DNA of 64,000 nucleotides from positions 165-64,164 of the forward strand of contig JADFXX010000011.1 in assembly GCA_015233335.1 (NCBI GenBank), written 5' to 3'. The notes beneath the pieces were generated by a model. The model did not search any database. It was not told the origin of the DNA and saw only the letters and a program-made list of their open reading frames with translations. Position numbers and translations under genes: made by a program. The DNA is from Candidatus Omnitrophota bacterium (GTDB lineage: Bacteria > Omnitrophota > Gorgyraeia > Zapsychrales > Fredricksoniimonadaceae). Shown here piece after piece: positions 9,068-18,529 of this stretch; the first letter of the stretch is position 1, and every line of letters starts with the position of its first letter.

Positions 9068-9093
9068 GACGACTTAATTTGCTGAAAGTTACG
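9068..9093 (-). promoter_or_regulatory. ECF-sigma-type promoter P-a (minus strand: CGTAACtttcagcaaattaagtCGTCtt)
   Basis: Same CGTAAC-N16-CGTC geometry. Upstream of the 8961->7133 unit that ends with the ECF sigma gene, which is the expected arrangement for autoregulation. Confidence 0.6.
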
Positions 9094-9590
9094 ATGTTTT
9101 TAACACCCAAAAATGCCTATTTGATGCCCTAACCTTGCTTAGATAAATTTATATGAACCCAACGCCTAATCCCAAACCAAGTAAAATCAACATAACCCCA
9201 AGATACAAGCAGGAAGTTCTACAAATCACCTCCAAGAAATAACCTTCTCTCTTCCCTAAACTAGCCAATATTTACCATTTCCTAGTTTAGAGCCTTTTCT
9301 TATTATCAATCTGCGTCGATTACATCTGTTATGATTTAAACTACCGAAGGAAAACTAGGAGAGGATTTGACCTTATTCTTCGACAATCTTGATCCTTTAT
9401 TATATCTATTTATCGACGGAGATAAAGCAATCGAAACCAAGAATAGTGACGAGAAAATATGCGCCGTAACCATTTGAAAAGTTATGAGATAGAAACACCC
9501 AACGAGTATTCCTCGTCGGGCGTTTTATGCAACTCACTGCGCTGCAATGATTTACGAAAACTGTGGTCGCTGGCGGGAGAAGGTCAGAAC

Positions 9591-10598
9591 CTATTTGACA
9601 CTTAACCGATACCTGACTGCCCGCGCTGCGCCTGTTCTTACAACAAAACCTGAGCTAACAAGAGGTAAAATAAGCTGATTAACTCGAGCCCTATTAATAT
9701 TCATTGCCTTACAAATTTGAGCTGCACCTAAAACACCATGCCTACCGATCAGGACAATTAATTCCTCCTGTTTAGGCGTAAGGGTGGTCTGAGTAAGCTT
9801 TAAAGAGCCTTCTTTAATGCGACTCTGGACAATGTCAGCAGAGCTCCTCAACCCTTCAGCGACATATTCTACCCAATGAGTATAGTCACCGTCCATATCA
9901 CGCGTTTGCTGGATCATATTGTAATAACGCGCTCTATCTTGGGCAAGGAAATCATCAAGACCTAAAGTCACCAAAGGATCTATCTCTCTTTCCCACAAGA
10001 GCCATTGTGCCATAGCTCTGGCAACTCTCCCATTACCATCAACAAAAGGATGAATTGTCAGAAATTCATGGTGAAATATCGCGCTGCGAACTATCGGATG
10101 CTGATCATTGTCCTTCAGCCACGAAAAGAGATCTTTCATTCGTCCATTCACTTTGGCTGGTGCTGGAGGAGTAAATATCACTCTTTTACGCGCATCAACA
10201 ACATAATTCTGGACGATTCGATACTTCCCTGATCTTGCCGTGGAAAGCAACCCTTTGATCATCAGCGCATGTACTTCCAATAAGTCTTTTTCGGTGGCAA
10301 TCTTATTTTTATTTTTAAGTATCGAACGCATAGCCGCAATACAATTAGACACCTCAATCTTCTGATTTTTCTCAACAAGAACATCCTGACCTTCCGACAC
10401 TGCTCTAACCTGTGCTAAAGACAACAGATTTCCCTCGATCCATGTCGAAGAATGTACGCTCCTTGCAAATGCATCCTTCTCAAGAGGGATCTTTAAAACT
10501 TCCTGAAGACGCGCCCCGTTGATGAGGGCCGTTACGGAAGCAATGCCTTCAAATAATTTAATTAAATGTGAAGTTATACGAAGCTCTGGCTTAAACAT
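9591..10598 (-). CDS. Fic family protein (AMPylase-type) with C-terminal winged-helix domain
   Basis: 335 aa with the canonical Fic motif HPFVDGNGRVARAM. The C-terminal ~70 aa are wHTH-like. Confidence 0.85.
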   Translation of the reverse strand: MFKPELRITSHLIKLFEGIASVTALINGARLQEVLKIPLEKDAFARSVHSSTWIEGNLLSLAQVRAVSEGQDVLVEKNQKIEVSNCIAAMRSILKNKNKIATEKDLLEVHALMIKGLLSTARSGKYRIVQNYVVDARKRVIFTPPAPAKVNGRMKDLFSWLKDNDQHPIVRSAIFHHEFLTIHPFVDGNGRVARAMAQWLLWEREIDPLVTLGLDDFLAQDRARYYNMIQQTRDMDGDYTHWVEYVAEGLRSSADIVQSRIKEGSLKLTQTTLTPKQEELIVLIGRHGVLGAAQICKAMNINRARVNQLILPLVSSGFVVRTGAARAVRYRLSVK

Positions 10599-10696
10599 AA
10601 ACCAAGCATATCATATCGTATAGATATTGTATAGGGAATTGTCTAGGATGGAAGAATAAAACAACAGGGATGACAACCTTATAAAAGGTTATAAAA

Positions 10697-10773
10697 TGGG
10701 GTGAGTGACGGGATTTGAACCCGCGACCTCAAGAGCCACATTCTTGCGCTCTGCCAACTGAGCTACACCCACC
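10697..10773 (-). tRNA. tRNA-His (GUG)
   Basis: Cloverleaf folded by hand. Anticodon arm CAAGA/ATGTGGC/TCTTG gives GTG. G-1 is encoded and pairs with C73. 3' CCA is encoded. 77 nt. Confidence 0.9.
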
Positions 10774-10830
10774 ATAAAAGGGAGGTATTACAATAACAAA
10801 AAATCTTTACAAAAACTATAAAAAAAACAA

Positions 10831-10905
10831 CGTCCCTGGCAGGAATCGAACCTGCGACCCACAGCTTAGAAGGCTGTTGCTCTAATCCAACTGAGCTACA
10901 GGGAC
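10831..10905 (-). tRNA. tRNA-Arg (UCU)
   Basis: Cloverleaf folded by hand. Acceptor GTCCCTG/CAGGGAC. Anticodon arm ACAGC/CTTCTAA/GCTGT gives TCT. CCA is not encoded. 75 nt. Confidence 0.9.
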
Positions 10906-10975
10906 ACAATAAATATTCCCCATTAAAAGGCAAGTACAAGTTTATATCAGATTTCTCGACAGCTGTCCAGTTTCT

Positions 10976-11491
10976 CTATGGACTTGTGGTGTCCGGTTTT
11001 GCAAATAATGTTTCTATCTTTTCACGTATCTTGGGAGTCAAATAAATACTGCTTCCCCATACGGAAAACCAAATGATCTTATAACCATCTCCCTCAGGGG
11101 CAAGGGTCAGATCAAAGTTCATATCCGCATGCTCAAATTTAACATCAAATATATATCGTTTAATTTTATCACCGGAAACATTTAAGGGAATAAAACTACT
11201 TTCTCCCTGTCTTTTATGAAACGGCATAAGAGCGGTTTCATCGGACTCGATCCTTCCCCATTCCTCTCTGATGCTATTCATAAACTCATCGAATTGGTCA
11301 AAAGAAACTGACTGAGAGAGCCCCTTAGCAAAAAGATGGTAAGCTCCCTGATGATCGGACCTTTGAAGATCATCAAAGAAAGTCTGCGCCGTGCGGTCTA
11401 TATCTATCGGGGCACCATTCTTTAAGGTTGCACATCCTGTAAAAAAACTGAATATCCCTGCTGCAATCAAAATTAGTTTAATTTTGTTCAT
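10976..11491 (-). CDS. hypothetical lipoprotein
   Basis: 171 aa with lipobox LILIAAGIFSFFTGC. No recognised domain. Confidence 0.4.
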   Translation of the reverse strand: MNKIKLILIAAGIFSFFTGCATLKNGAPIDIDRTAQTFFDDLQRSDHQGAYHLFAKGLSQSVSFDQFDEFMNSIREEWGRIESDETALMPFHKRQGESSFIPLNVSGDKIKRYIFDVKFEHADMNFDLTLAPEGDGYKIIWFSVWGSSIYLTPKIREKIETLFAKPDTTSP

Positions 11492-11502
11492 AATTTCTCC
11501 TG

Positions 11503-13035
11503 TTATGAAGCATTATTTTTAACAACCCTGAACATGCTCATTGGCAGTTCAAAACGATCGATAATGCCCTGATCAACGCTCCCGCGACGAGCAAAGATCA
11601 CGGTATAATCATCCGCGAATACCGGCGCCCATTGAGTGTCACTGATACGGTCGATCAGAAAAGCCTGCCCCCATGGAGTTATATCATGACGATAAAAATA
11701 AATCACGTTAAAGCCGTATTTATTCTGGGCACCTTTCCAAACCGCGGGATCTTCCTGCATCGGGATATACACTTTACGGAAAAAATCATACGGAAAAGCT
11801 TCCTGACGATTATCTACAAAAACTTTTTCTTTAAGGGCAAGATGATAGATTAAATATCCGCCGATATCATAGTTGCTGAAAACCGGGCCCTTTAAACCGC
11901 TCTGCTTAAAGAATTCTGCCGAAACGTTGACACCCGGCATAAGGCCGATCTGAGGTCGCCACGGCATAAAAACCACACAGGAAATGATCCCCGCAATAGT
12001 CGTTATTGCGCAAATAAAACTGATCACAGATTTCTTTATATACGGCGCCCAAAAATAAGAAGCCAAAGGGATAAAAAGAAACCCGAACGGCATAATTAAA
12101 CGTACCGCCTTAAAAGAAGCGATCGTTGTAAAGGCACCTAACACTGCCCAAGGCATAGCCTTAAAACGCCTTTGCCATAACGCAATAATTATCCCCGCCA
12201 TCATAAAAAATGCCACCAGCAAATAATACTTATAAACAATATTATTCGGAAACCTTTTAATCATAAATAGGACTGTCTGATTCTCGGCAAGATCGTAGCC
12301 AAATTTCTTAAAACCATTAAGAGGAGTCAGCATTCCTTCAAATCCGGATGGGTTGATCAAATTGATAAAAAGAACCACCCACAACAGTAGCCCTAAAATG
12401 GCCTTACACTGTTTGTCTTCCTTTTTCAGTCCTGCTTGCCATAAAAAGATTCCGACAAGGAGAGGCCCCATAAAGAAGAAAATATGAATATTGACCCACA
12501 AAACCTGAACAAGGGGAATAATCCAAAAAAGAACACGACTGCCCGCTCTACGCTCTAAAAAGCACTGCAATAGCCAAAAATCCAGTGCCAAAAAAAATAC
12601 GCTAAAACCCTCAGGACGAATTTCGGGACGACAAATCAAGAATAAAAAGCTGGCCGTAGACAAAAAAAGCGAAAAATAAAAACCTGAAAATCGCCGGGCA
12701 GAATCGAAAGCTAATAAAAATGCGCCAACTAAAAGTAAGATATAAAATACCGAAAGCCCCACAAAGCCGCTGATCCGATGGGCCATATAGGCAATGACGC
12801 CGAACAACCAGTGATGATTAATAAAGGGATATTCCGGATAGGTAAAAGAATAGAAATTCTTATAGAGAACGTCCTGATAACCGTTTAAGATCAACTCTCC
12901 ATTTTTAATATGCCGGCCGATATCAACAGCTGTCAAATTGATAGGCACAGACAGGTGTACGGCCAAAAGCACCAGGCAGGCTGATAAAAGAAGAATTTTA
13001 AAAGCACGGTTACACAGCGTGATGAGCATGTTCAA
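11503..13035 (-). CDS. polytopic membrane protein of unknown function (GT-C-like topology)
   Basis: 510 aa with about 12 TM helices followed by a soluble C-terminal domain of about 130 aa. No motif I can name. Confidence 0.35.
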   Translation of the reverse strand: MNMLITLCNRAFKILLLSACLVLLAVHLSVPINLTAVDIGRHIKNGELILNGYQDVLYKNFYSFTYPEYPFINHHWLFGVIAYMAHRISGFVGLSVFYILLLVGAFLLAFDSARRFSGFYFSLFLSTASFLFLICRPEIRPEGFSVFFLALDFWLLQCFLERRAGSRVLFWIIPLVQVLWVNIHIFFFMGPLLVGIFLWQAGLKKEDKQCKAILGLLLWVVLFINLINPSGFEGMLTPLNGFKKFGYDLAENQTVLFMIKRFPNNIVYKYYLLVAFFMMAGIIIALWQRRFKAMPWAVLGAFTTIASFKAVRLIMPFGFLFIPLASYFWAPYIKKSVISFICAITTIAGIISCVVFMPWRPQIGLMPGVNVSAEFFKQSGLKGPVFSNYDIGGYLIYHLALKEKVFVDNRQEAFPYDFFRKVYIPMQEDPAVWKGAQNKYGFNVIYFYRHDITPWGQAFLIDRISDTQWAPVFADDYTVIFARRGSVDQGIIDRFELPMSMFRVVKNNAS

Positions 13036-15277
13036 GTATTTGTGTGATACGACTGATCTGACTTTGGCTCAATACTTCCCGGGCTAACTGCTCACATTCG
13101 AGAATAGAAAGTTGTCCCAAACTTTCATGGATACGCGGCAGATAGCGCGCATCCATGCTGAGAGTCCGAATCCCCAAGCCCAGCAGGAGTCCTAGGTATT
13201 TGGGATCATGAGCCATGTCCCCGCAAATCGAAACATCCCTCCCGTAACGAAGCCCTGCGTCCACGACTTTTTTCAAAGCCCGCAGCACCGCCGGATGGTG
13301 AGGCAAATACATTTGGGCGACACTATCATTGGTGCGGTCAACACCCAGCATATACTGGGTTAAATCATTGGTGCCGATGGAAAAAAAATCAACCTCCCGG
13401 GCCATGTCATCGATGATTTCCACAACGGAAGGAAGTTCCACCATAATCCCCAGATGAGGATTATCGATAAACTTCTTCCCTTCAATTTTTAACTGGGCCA
13501 TACACTCCTGGACGATCTTTTTGGCATCTAAGAATTCATCTAAAGAAGAAATCATCGGAAAAAGGATCCCCACCCGCCTGCCCTCCCCTGCGCGCAGGAT
13601 GGCCCGCAGCTGAGCTATAAAAACATCGGTGTGTTTTAGAGAAAACCGGATGGAACGCAGCCCCAAAAAGGGATTTTCTTCCCGCCCATAACCGGAATAA
13701 GTAAGGACCTTGTCTCCGCCGATATCCAATGTCCTAATGGTAATATCTTTGCCGGGCATGCCCTCAACCAGACGTTGATAAATCAGATACTGTTCCTCTT
13801 CGGATGGAAAATTACTGCGGATCATGAAAGGAAATTCCGTACGGTACAAGCCTATGCCCTCGGCTTTAAATTCGTTGGCGGCCTTCAGGTCCCCTAAAAG
13901 GTTGATATTGGCCATCAATTTGACTGCAATCCCGTCCTTTGTACGGGGGTGGTCTTGGATCATTCTTTTTAAGCTGCCGATGTTACGGTTTAATTCCTCA
14001 CGTTGCAAGATTTTTGTCTTAATGGAAGCATCCGGGTTAATGTGGATATGTCCCATGAAAGCGTCTAAGAGAACTTCGGTCGTGGGCTCCAAAGATAACA
14101 GTGCCAATTCATTGGTGATCACCAAAGGAATATTTAAAGAGCGGACCAAAATGGCCACATGAGATGTGACCCCGCCGCTTAACAGGATAATCCCTTTGAC
14201 CTTCTGTGAAAAAAGTTTTAATACATCCGAGGGAAAGAGTTCGCGGGCAATAGCGATCTTATCCTGATAATCGTAATCTGAAGCGCTTAGACCGGTCAAA
14301 TTCTCCAGGAGCCGTCGGCCCACGTCTTTAACATCATAAATTTTCTCCCGCAGGTAGGCGTCTTCGATCATGCTGAATTTTGTAACATACCCCTGCACCA
14401 CCTGGATCACGGCTTGAGGTGGATTAAGGCCGTCTCGGATCAAAGAAAAAACCGAACCTATAAAACCTTTATCCTTAAGCATCAGAATTTGGGCCGTAAA
14501 GATAAGAGCCGTCACATCCTTAAATACCGACTCGATCCTGGCCTGCAAACCCTCCAGTTGCTGCTCAGTTTTTTCCAGGGCCGTGTGGAGGTCCTTCTCG
14601 CTGTATTGACTCCCGTCAACCATCTCAAACTGTTTCATGTCCGTCAGGGACTCATTCACCACCACGGTTCTCGCACAGGCCACCCCTTCCGCACCGCAAC
14701 GACCTATAATAAATTTTAAATCTGCCGGCAAGGTGGCGGAAACGATCGCTCTTTGATCATCGAGCGTTATTAAAAGCCGTGCCGTTTCAATAGTCGCCGC
14801 TAACTGTGCGGTGATAGCACGAAAGACCTGAACGTCTTCAGAAGAAAAATAATCTTTCTTCTGGCTTTGGATGACCATAACGCCGATCTCAATACTGCCG
14901 CGCAAAATCGGAACCGCCAGAAACGATTCGTATTTTTCTTCGCCAATGCCCGGGAAGAAACGAAAATTAGGGTTCCCCTTGGCCTGTCCTTCGCAGATGG
15001 GACGTTTTTCTTTTAAAGCCAGGCCGGTCAATCCTTCCCCGATCTTCATTCGGACCTGATTGACAGAAACAGAGTTAAGACCCTTGGTGGCTTTAAGTAC
15101 AAGTTCCTTCTCGTCGGCATAGTACAGATAAATGGAACAGACCTCGCATTCCATATGACGGGTCACCATGGCAGTGATTTTTTGCAGAAACTCTTCCATG
15201 GAAGGGGCATCATGAAAAAGGCCGGCAATCTCCCCTACATCACAAATAAGCCTGGTATGGTCGCGTTTGTTAAACAT
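13010..15277 (-). CDS. ptsP: phosphoenolpyruvate-protein phosphotransferase with N-terminal GAF domain (EI-Ntr)
   Basis: GAF domain plus PEP-utilising enzyme domains (LLSGGVTSHVAILVRS phospho-His region; GLYRTEF; FFSIGTNDLTQY). I prefer the ATG at 15277, which is preceded by GAGGGTGG, over the track start at 15307 that overlaps the upstream gene. Confidence 0.9.
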   Translation of the reverse strand: MFNKRDHTRLICDVGEIAGLFHDAPSMEEFLQKITAMVTRHMECEVCSIYLYYADEKELVLKATKGLNSVSVNQVRMKIGEGLTGLALKEKRPICEGQAKGNPNFRFFPGIGEEKYESFLAVPILRGSIEIGVMVIQSQKKDYFSSEDVQVFRAITAQLAATIETARLLITLDDQRAIVSATLPADLKFIIGRCGAEGVACARTVVVNESLTDMKQFEMVDGSQYSEKDLHTALEKTEQQLEGLQARIESVFKDVTALIFTAQILMLKDKGFIGSVFSLIRDGLNPPQAVIQVVQGYVTKFSMIEDAYLREKIYDVKDVGRRLLENLTGLSASDYDYQDKIAIARELFPSDVLKLFSQKVKGIILLSGGVTSHVAILVRSLNIPLVITNELALLSLEPTTEVLLDAFMGHIHINPDASIKTKILQREELNRNIGSLKRMIQDHPRTKDGIAVKLMANINLLGDLKAANEFKAEGIGLYRTEFPFMIRSNFPSEEEQYLIYQRLVEGMPGKDITIRTLDIGGDKVLTYSGYGREENPFLGLRSIRFSLKHTDVFIAQLRAILRAGEGRRVGILFPMISSLDEFLDAKKIVQECMAQLKIEGKKFIDNPHLGIMVELPSVVEIIDDMAREVDFFSIGTNDLTQYMLGVDRTNDSVAQMYLPHHPAVLRALKKVVDAGLRYGRDVSICGDMAHDPKYLGLLLGLGIRTLSMDARYLPRIHESLGQLSILECEQLAREVLSQSQISRITQILEHAHHAV

Positions 15278-15291
15278 ATATTGCCACCCTC

Positions 15292-16218
15292 TTAATAGAC
15301 CCGACAAGCCCCTTCTTGCACAGAAACCTGAGCGTTCTCAAGCAATATCGAGGCATACAAACATTTATTAGCCTTATCATCAACAACACCTGAAGCTTTC
15401 ATAACTAATTGACCATCGCGGCCAACAGATAATGTATCGATACCATCGACATCAAAGCCAAGCCGTGCCGAAGCCCTTTTAATGGAATCTATAACCTGCT
15501 CCTGGCTGGACACATGCTCCATCGGCTTTATTTTAGCCGTTAAAGGGAGTCCCTCATTAAAAGAATCCTCAAGCATCACGCGGGCCCAGTCTAAAGAATA
15601 ATAATAAACGATATTTAAATGTTTTGCTCCCCTGCTCTCTGGCGGCCAATAACTGGTATCCACGAAATATGTTCCAACAACGAAAATATGTTTACTAAAA
15701 TAGTCATCTGTCATGTCGTTGGTCTTTTGAAAAGCCTGTTTCCATAGAGGAAGATTCTTAAGTGTTTCGATGGGATAATAAGTTGGGACTTCGTACCCAT
15801 TAAAAGGAACAACAAAGTAGATACTACCAAACCTCTCCTTGCGTAAAACCTTATCAAAAAACTGATACGGCACCTCATGGGTCATATGTTCTTGTTCTGT
15901 CAGGCCGCCCTGAAGGGGGGAATAAAAAACAGACTGATCCTGCGGCACTATCATTTTGGCGCCCTGCCCCTGCAAACAGACCCCTTTGATAGACAGGGGA
16001 TATTTTGCGGCATCTTGATCATCCGTGCATTTTAAACTGCGCAAATAATCATTTTTAGACATTAGAGCTTCAAAAGTAGTATTGATCTGTGTTTTGACAT
16101 GCATTTCCCAGGGCCTGAAACCGTCAGAATAATTAAAATTATACTGTGAAGTTACGCCCACCCGGTTGAATCCGAATACCAGCCAGCAGATCGTCAGACA
16201 TACGATTATATTTTTCAA
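15292..16218 (-). CDS. hypothetical secreted protein
   Basis: 308-aa ORF with an N-terminal hydrophobic signal-like segment. No recognised domain. Confidence 0.35.
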   Translation of the reverse strand: MKNIIVCLTICWLVFGFNRVGVTSQYNFNYSDGFRPWEMHVKTQINTTFEALMSKNDYLRSLKCTDDQDAAKYPLSIKGVCLQGQGAKMIVPQDQSVFYSPLQGGLTEQEHMTHEVPYQFFDKVLRKERFGSIYFVVPFNGYEVPTYYPIETLKNLPLWKQAFQKTNDMTDDYFSKHIFVVGTYFVDTSYWPPESRGAKHLNIVYYYSLDWARVMLEDSFNEGLPLTAKIKPMEHVSSQEQVIDSIKRASARLGFDVDGIDTLSVGRDGQLVMKASGVVDDKANKCLYASILLENAQVSVQEGACRVY

Positions 16219-16236
16219 GGAGCTCCTTGTTCGATA

Positions 16237-16313
16237 TGGTCGGGGAGGAGGGGCTTGAACCCTCGACCTCTTGCTCCCAAAGCAAGCGCGCTAGCCAACT
16301 GCGCTACTCCCCG
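16237..16313 (-). tRNA. tRNA-Pro (UGG)
   Basis: Cloverleaf folded by hand. C1-G72 acceptor CGGGGAG/CTCCCCG. Anticodon arm CTTGC/TTTGGGA/GCAAG gives TGG. CCA is encoded. 77 nt. Confidence 0.9.
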
Positions 16314-16463
16314 CGAAATGTGACTAACATTTAAGCGAGCATCTAAAAGAATTCACCTAGGATTATATAAGGGCGCTATTTTATCAGCCCAATGGCATAA
16401 GGTCAACAAGCATAAACTTATACCACCCTTCCCCATTTCTATATACTCTAAAAATTCTTTGAG

Positions 16464-17372
16464 TTACTCCTGCCCCAAAGATTTAACAAGCCTTTGAACT
16501 GCACATTCCTTGGCTTTGGCCTCAACTTCAACAGTAATATTCAGCCCTCGCCAACATTTAGGAAAATCTTTGATGTCGATATAATCATGATGCTTATTGG
16601 TATGCGGCCCCTCCCATCCTTTTTGGGGGCTGGAAATATGAAAAAGCGGCTCTCGATCCCATGTAGTTAATGCCATTCGTGTAGATTGTTCTTCACTCAA
16701 TTCATCCGGATTGCATCGATGATGATGGACATCATAAACAAAAGGGACCCCTTCTTTTTTGCATAAAAGGAACAAATCCTGAGGGGTATATGTTTTATCA
16801 TCATTTTCAAACGTTAATCGGCTTCGCACATCTTTAGATAAACGCATTAAGTTTCGAGCAACCTGATCTAAAGCCTTCTTTTTATTCCCATAGGCTCCTC
16901 CCCCATGGATATTGATTACATCAGCCCCTATCCATTCGCAGACTTGTGCATGATAATTTAAATCTGCGATCGATCGCTGAGTCACTTCATCGTTGGGTGA
17001 GCTTAAAAGGATAAATTGGTCCGGATGAAAAGTCATTCTTAAATTGTTTTCCAAAAGCAATGACTTACATTTCTTAAAAGCTTTGATGATGTCTTTCCCA
17101 TCAGGCAGTTTTTCAACATCATATCCAATTTGAGGATGTGTTTTTAAAGGAAGGATCTGGCTGTTGACACGAAAAGAACCAATATTATTTTGGGTGCAGT
17201 AAATAAGGGCTTTTTGAAGGGACTCTGCATTCTTTAAACACAAATTTGAGATCTTACGCCGGGCAACATTCTTTTCAAGCTTCAACAAAGCTGTTGCTGT
17301 CGTTGTATAAAATTTAATCGGCTGCGTTTCAAATTTACAACATAGTCCAAATCTAATCAACCGCCACCCCAA
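16464..17372 (-). CDS. uvsE: UV damage endonuclease UvdE/UvsE
   Basis: 302 aa. TIM-barrel UvdE pattern (RFGLCCKF..., MTFHPDQF, NIHGGGAYG, LTFENDD, VYDVHHH). Confidence 0.8.
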   Translation of the reverse strand: MGWRLIRFGLCCKFETQPIKFYTTTATALLKLEKNVARRKISNLCLKNAESLQKALIYCTQNNIGSFRVNSQILPLKTHPQIGYDVEKLPDGKDIIKAFKKCKSLLLENNLRMTFHPDQFILLSSPNDEVTQRSIADLNYHAQVCEWIGADVINIHGGGAYGNKKKALDQVARNLMRLSKDVRSRLTFENDDKTYTPQDLFLLCKKEGVPFVYDVHHHRCNPDELSEEQSTRMALTTWDREPLFHISSPQKGWEGPHTNKHHDYIDIKDFPKCWRGLNITVEVEAKAKECAVQRLVKSLGQE

Positions 17373-18006
17373 TCACGAATAAAACTGAGTACTCTTGCTT
17401 TTGGCAACCCTTAATTGTGGGCATTGGGACTCCTGGGGCAACAGGAAAAACTGTTCTTTGCGCCATGGCGGGCGTACATGAATTATCACTGCCAGCCGGT
17501 GTATACCGTGCTGCATGGCAAGGTAGATGTGTCACATCATAGAGCTTCGCGCCATTGTCTAACTCCCAGCGTTCTATACCATCTTTATCCATGGGATAAA
17601 CAGTCAATACGCTCGTCACCTCACGCCCACCTGTAACTACATATTTACCGGGAGGCAGCGGGAAGTCCGGCTTCTCCATAATCGAGCCATGTTCCTCCAA
17701 CCACCAGTCGTTGTTATCGAATTTCCATTGAGCTGGAGCAATTCCGCCTGAAGACTTTAACTTTTCATAATCTCCCAACATACATCCTCGCGGCCCCGGA
17801 TCTTGATGCCAGAGCCCCCACAATTGAGCCCCGTTCCCTGAGTTTGCATTTGGATCACCCAACGCCACGATATACTCCATCGAAATGTGCTTGAAACTGG
17901 TCTGGGCGTCTGCTGACTGCGCGAAGGCAGCCATCATGACGACCAATCCAATCATCAGTAATGCCTGCCTTGAGCTACTGTGCTTTATCATAAATTCCCT
18001 TATCAA
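17353..18006 (-). CDS. hypothetical secreted protein
   Basis: 217 aa with a signal peptide ending AQSADA|Q. No recognised domain. The start is uncertain because it overlaps the lipocalin gene's 3' end. Confidence 0.35.
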   Translation of the reverse strand: MIREFMIKHSSSRQALLMIGLVVMMAAFAQSADAQTSFKHISMEYIVALGDPNANSGNGAQLWGLWHQDPGPRGCMLGDYEKLKSSGGIAPAQWKFDNNDWWLEEHGSIMEKPDFPLPPGKYVVTGGREVTSVLTVYPMDKDGIERWELDNGAKLYDVTHLPCHAARYTPAGSDNSCTPAMAQRTVFPVAPGVPMPTIKGCQKQEYSVLFVIGVAVD

Positions 18007-18529
18007 TCCAACGTTGAGGCACCTTGCGAACCTTAGTTATGTCGTACCCTTGATCTGCCAGCATCTTAAGCAAATGCTGATAATCAGTTTCCGGAATTTG
18101 AGGCGTGCGTGCCTGGATCCAAAAATAATCACGTTTATTACGGCTAATGATAGTTTGGCCATAATCAGGACTAAGGTAGGTAATAAGGTATTCGGCTTTA
18201 AAGGGCCAAATAAATTGCATACCCCATGTTGAATTATTGATTTTATCTACAACAAATCCCCGAGGATTGTATCGTTTCTTGGGCCCATCAAAACCACCCT
18301 GATTAAATGTAAAAACTGTATCAATGCTACCGTCTGAAAGCTGACGGTATTCCTCAACTCCATTATAAGCTTTTGTTTCAATAAAAGTGGGAATACAGGC
18401 GATGACATACCAAGGCCCCATATAACGTTTGAGATCTACCTGGTCAACTGTTTTCAAGGGGAAGCGTGCAGTAGCGCATCCAGTCATTAACAACGCAACC
18501 ATGAGCGTCATCAAATTTTTAATCCTCAT
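17975..18529 (-). CDS. blc: bacterial lipocalin (Blc-like outer-membrane lipoprotein)
   Basis: 184 aa. Lipobox LLMTGC and lipocalin signature YMGPWYVIA. Confidence 0.75.
   Translation of the reverse strand: MRIKNLMTLMVALLMTGCATARFPLKTVDQVDLKRYMGPWYVIACIPTFIETKAYNGVEEYRQLSDGSIDTVFTFNQGGFDGPKKRYNPRGFVVDKINNSTWGMQFIWPFKAEYLITYLSPDYGQTIISRNKRDYFWIQARTPQIPETDYQHLLKMLADQGYDITKVRKVPQRWIDKGIYDKAQ

Noticed and set aside
9367-9477. 36-aa TTG-initiated ORF (MTLFFDNLDPLLYLFIDGDKAIETKNSDEKICAVTI) in the long intergenic region
   Set aside because: It has an alternative start codon, no recognisable features and no supporting context. It is possibly a gene remnant.
9498-9520. Hairpin CCCAACGAG-TATTC-CTCGTCGGG downstream of the Fic gene as a rho-independent terminator
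   Set aside because: The stem has one mismatch, and the minus-strand 3' flank (TGTTTCT) is only weakly U-rich. It is not strong enough to annotate.
9591-10905. Fic plus tRNAs as an integrated genomic island
   Set aside because: No integrase or recombinase is present. No direct repeat of a tRNA 3' end was found; the only hit is a 9-nt ggatttga(a/c)c resemblance near 9364.
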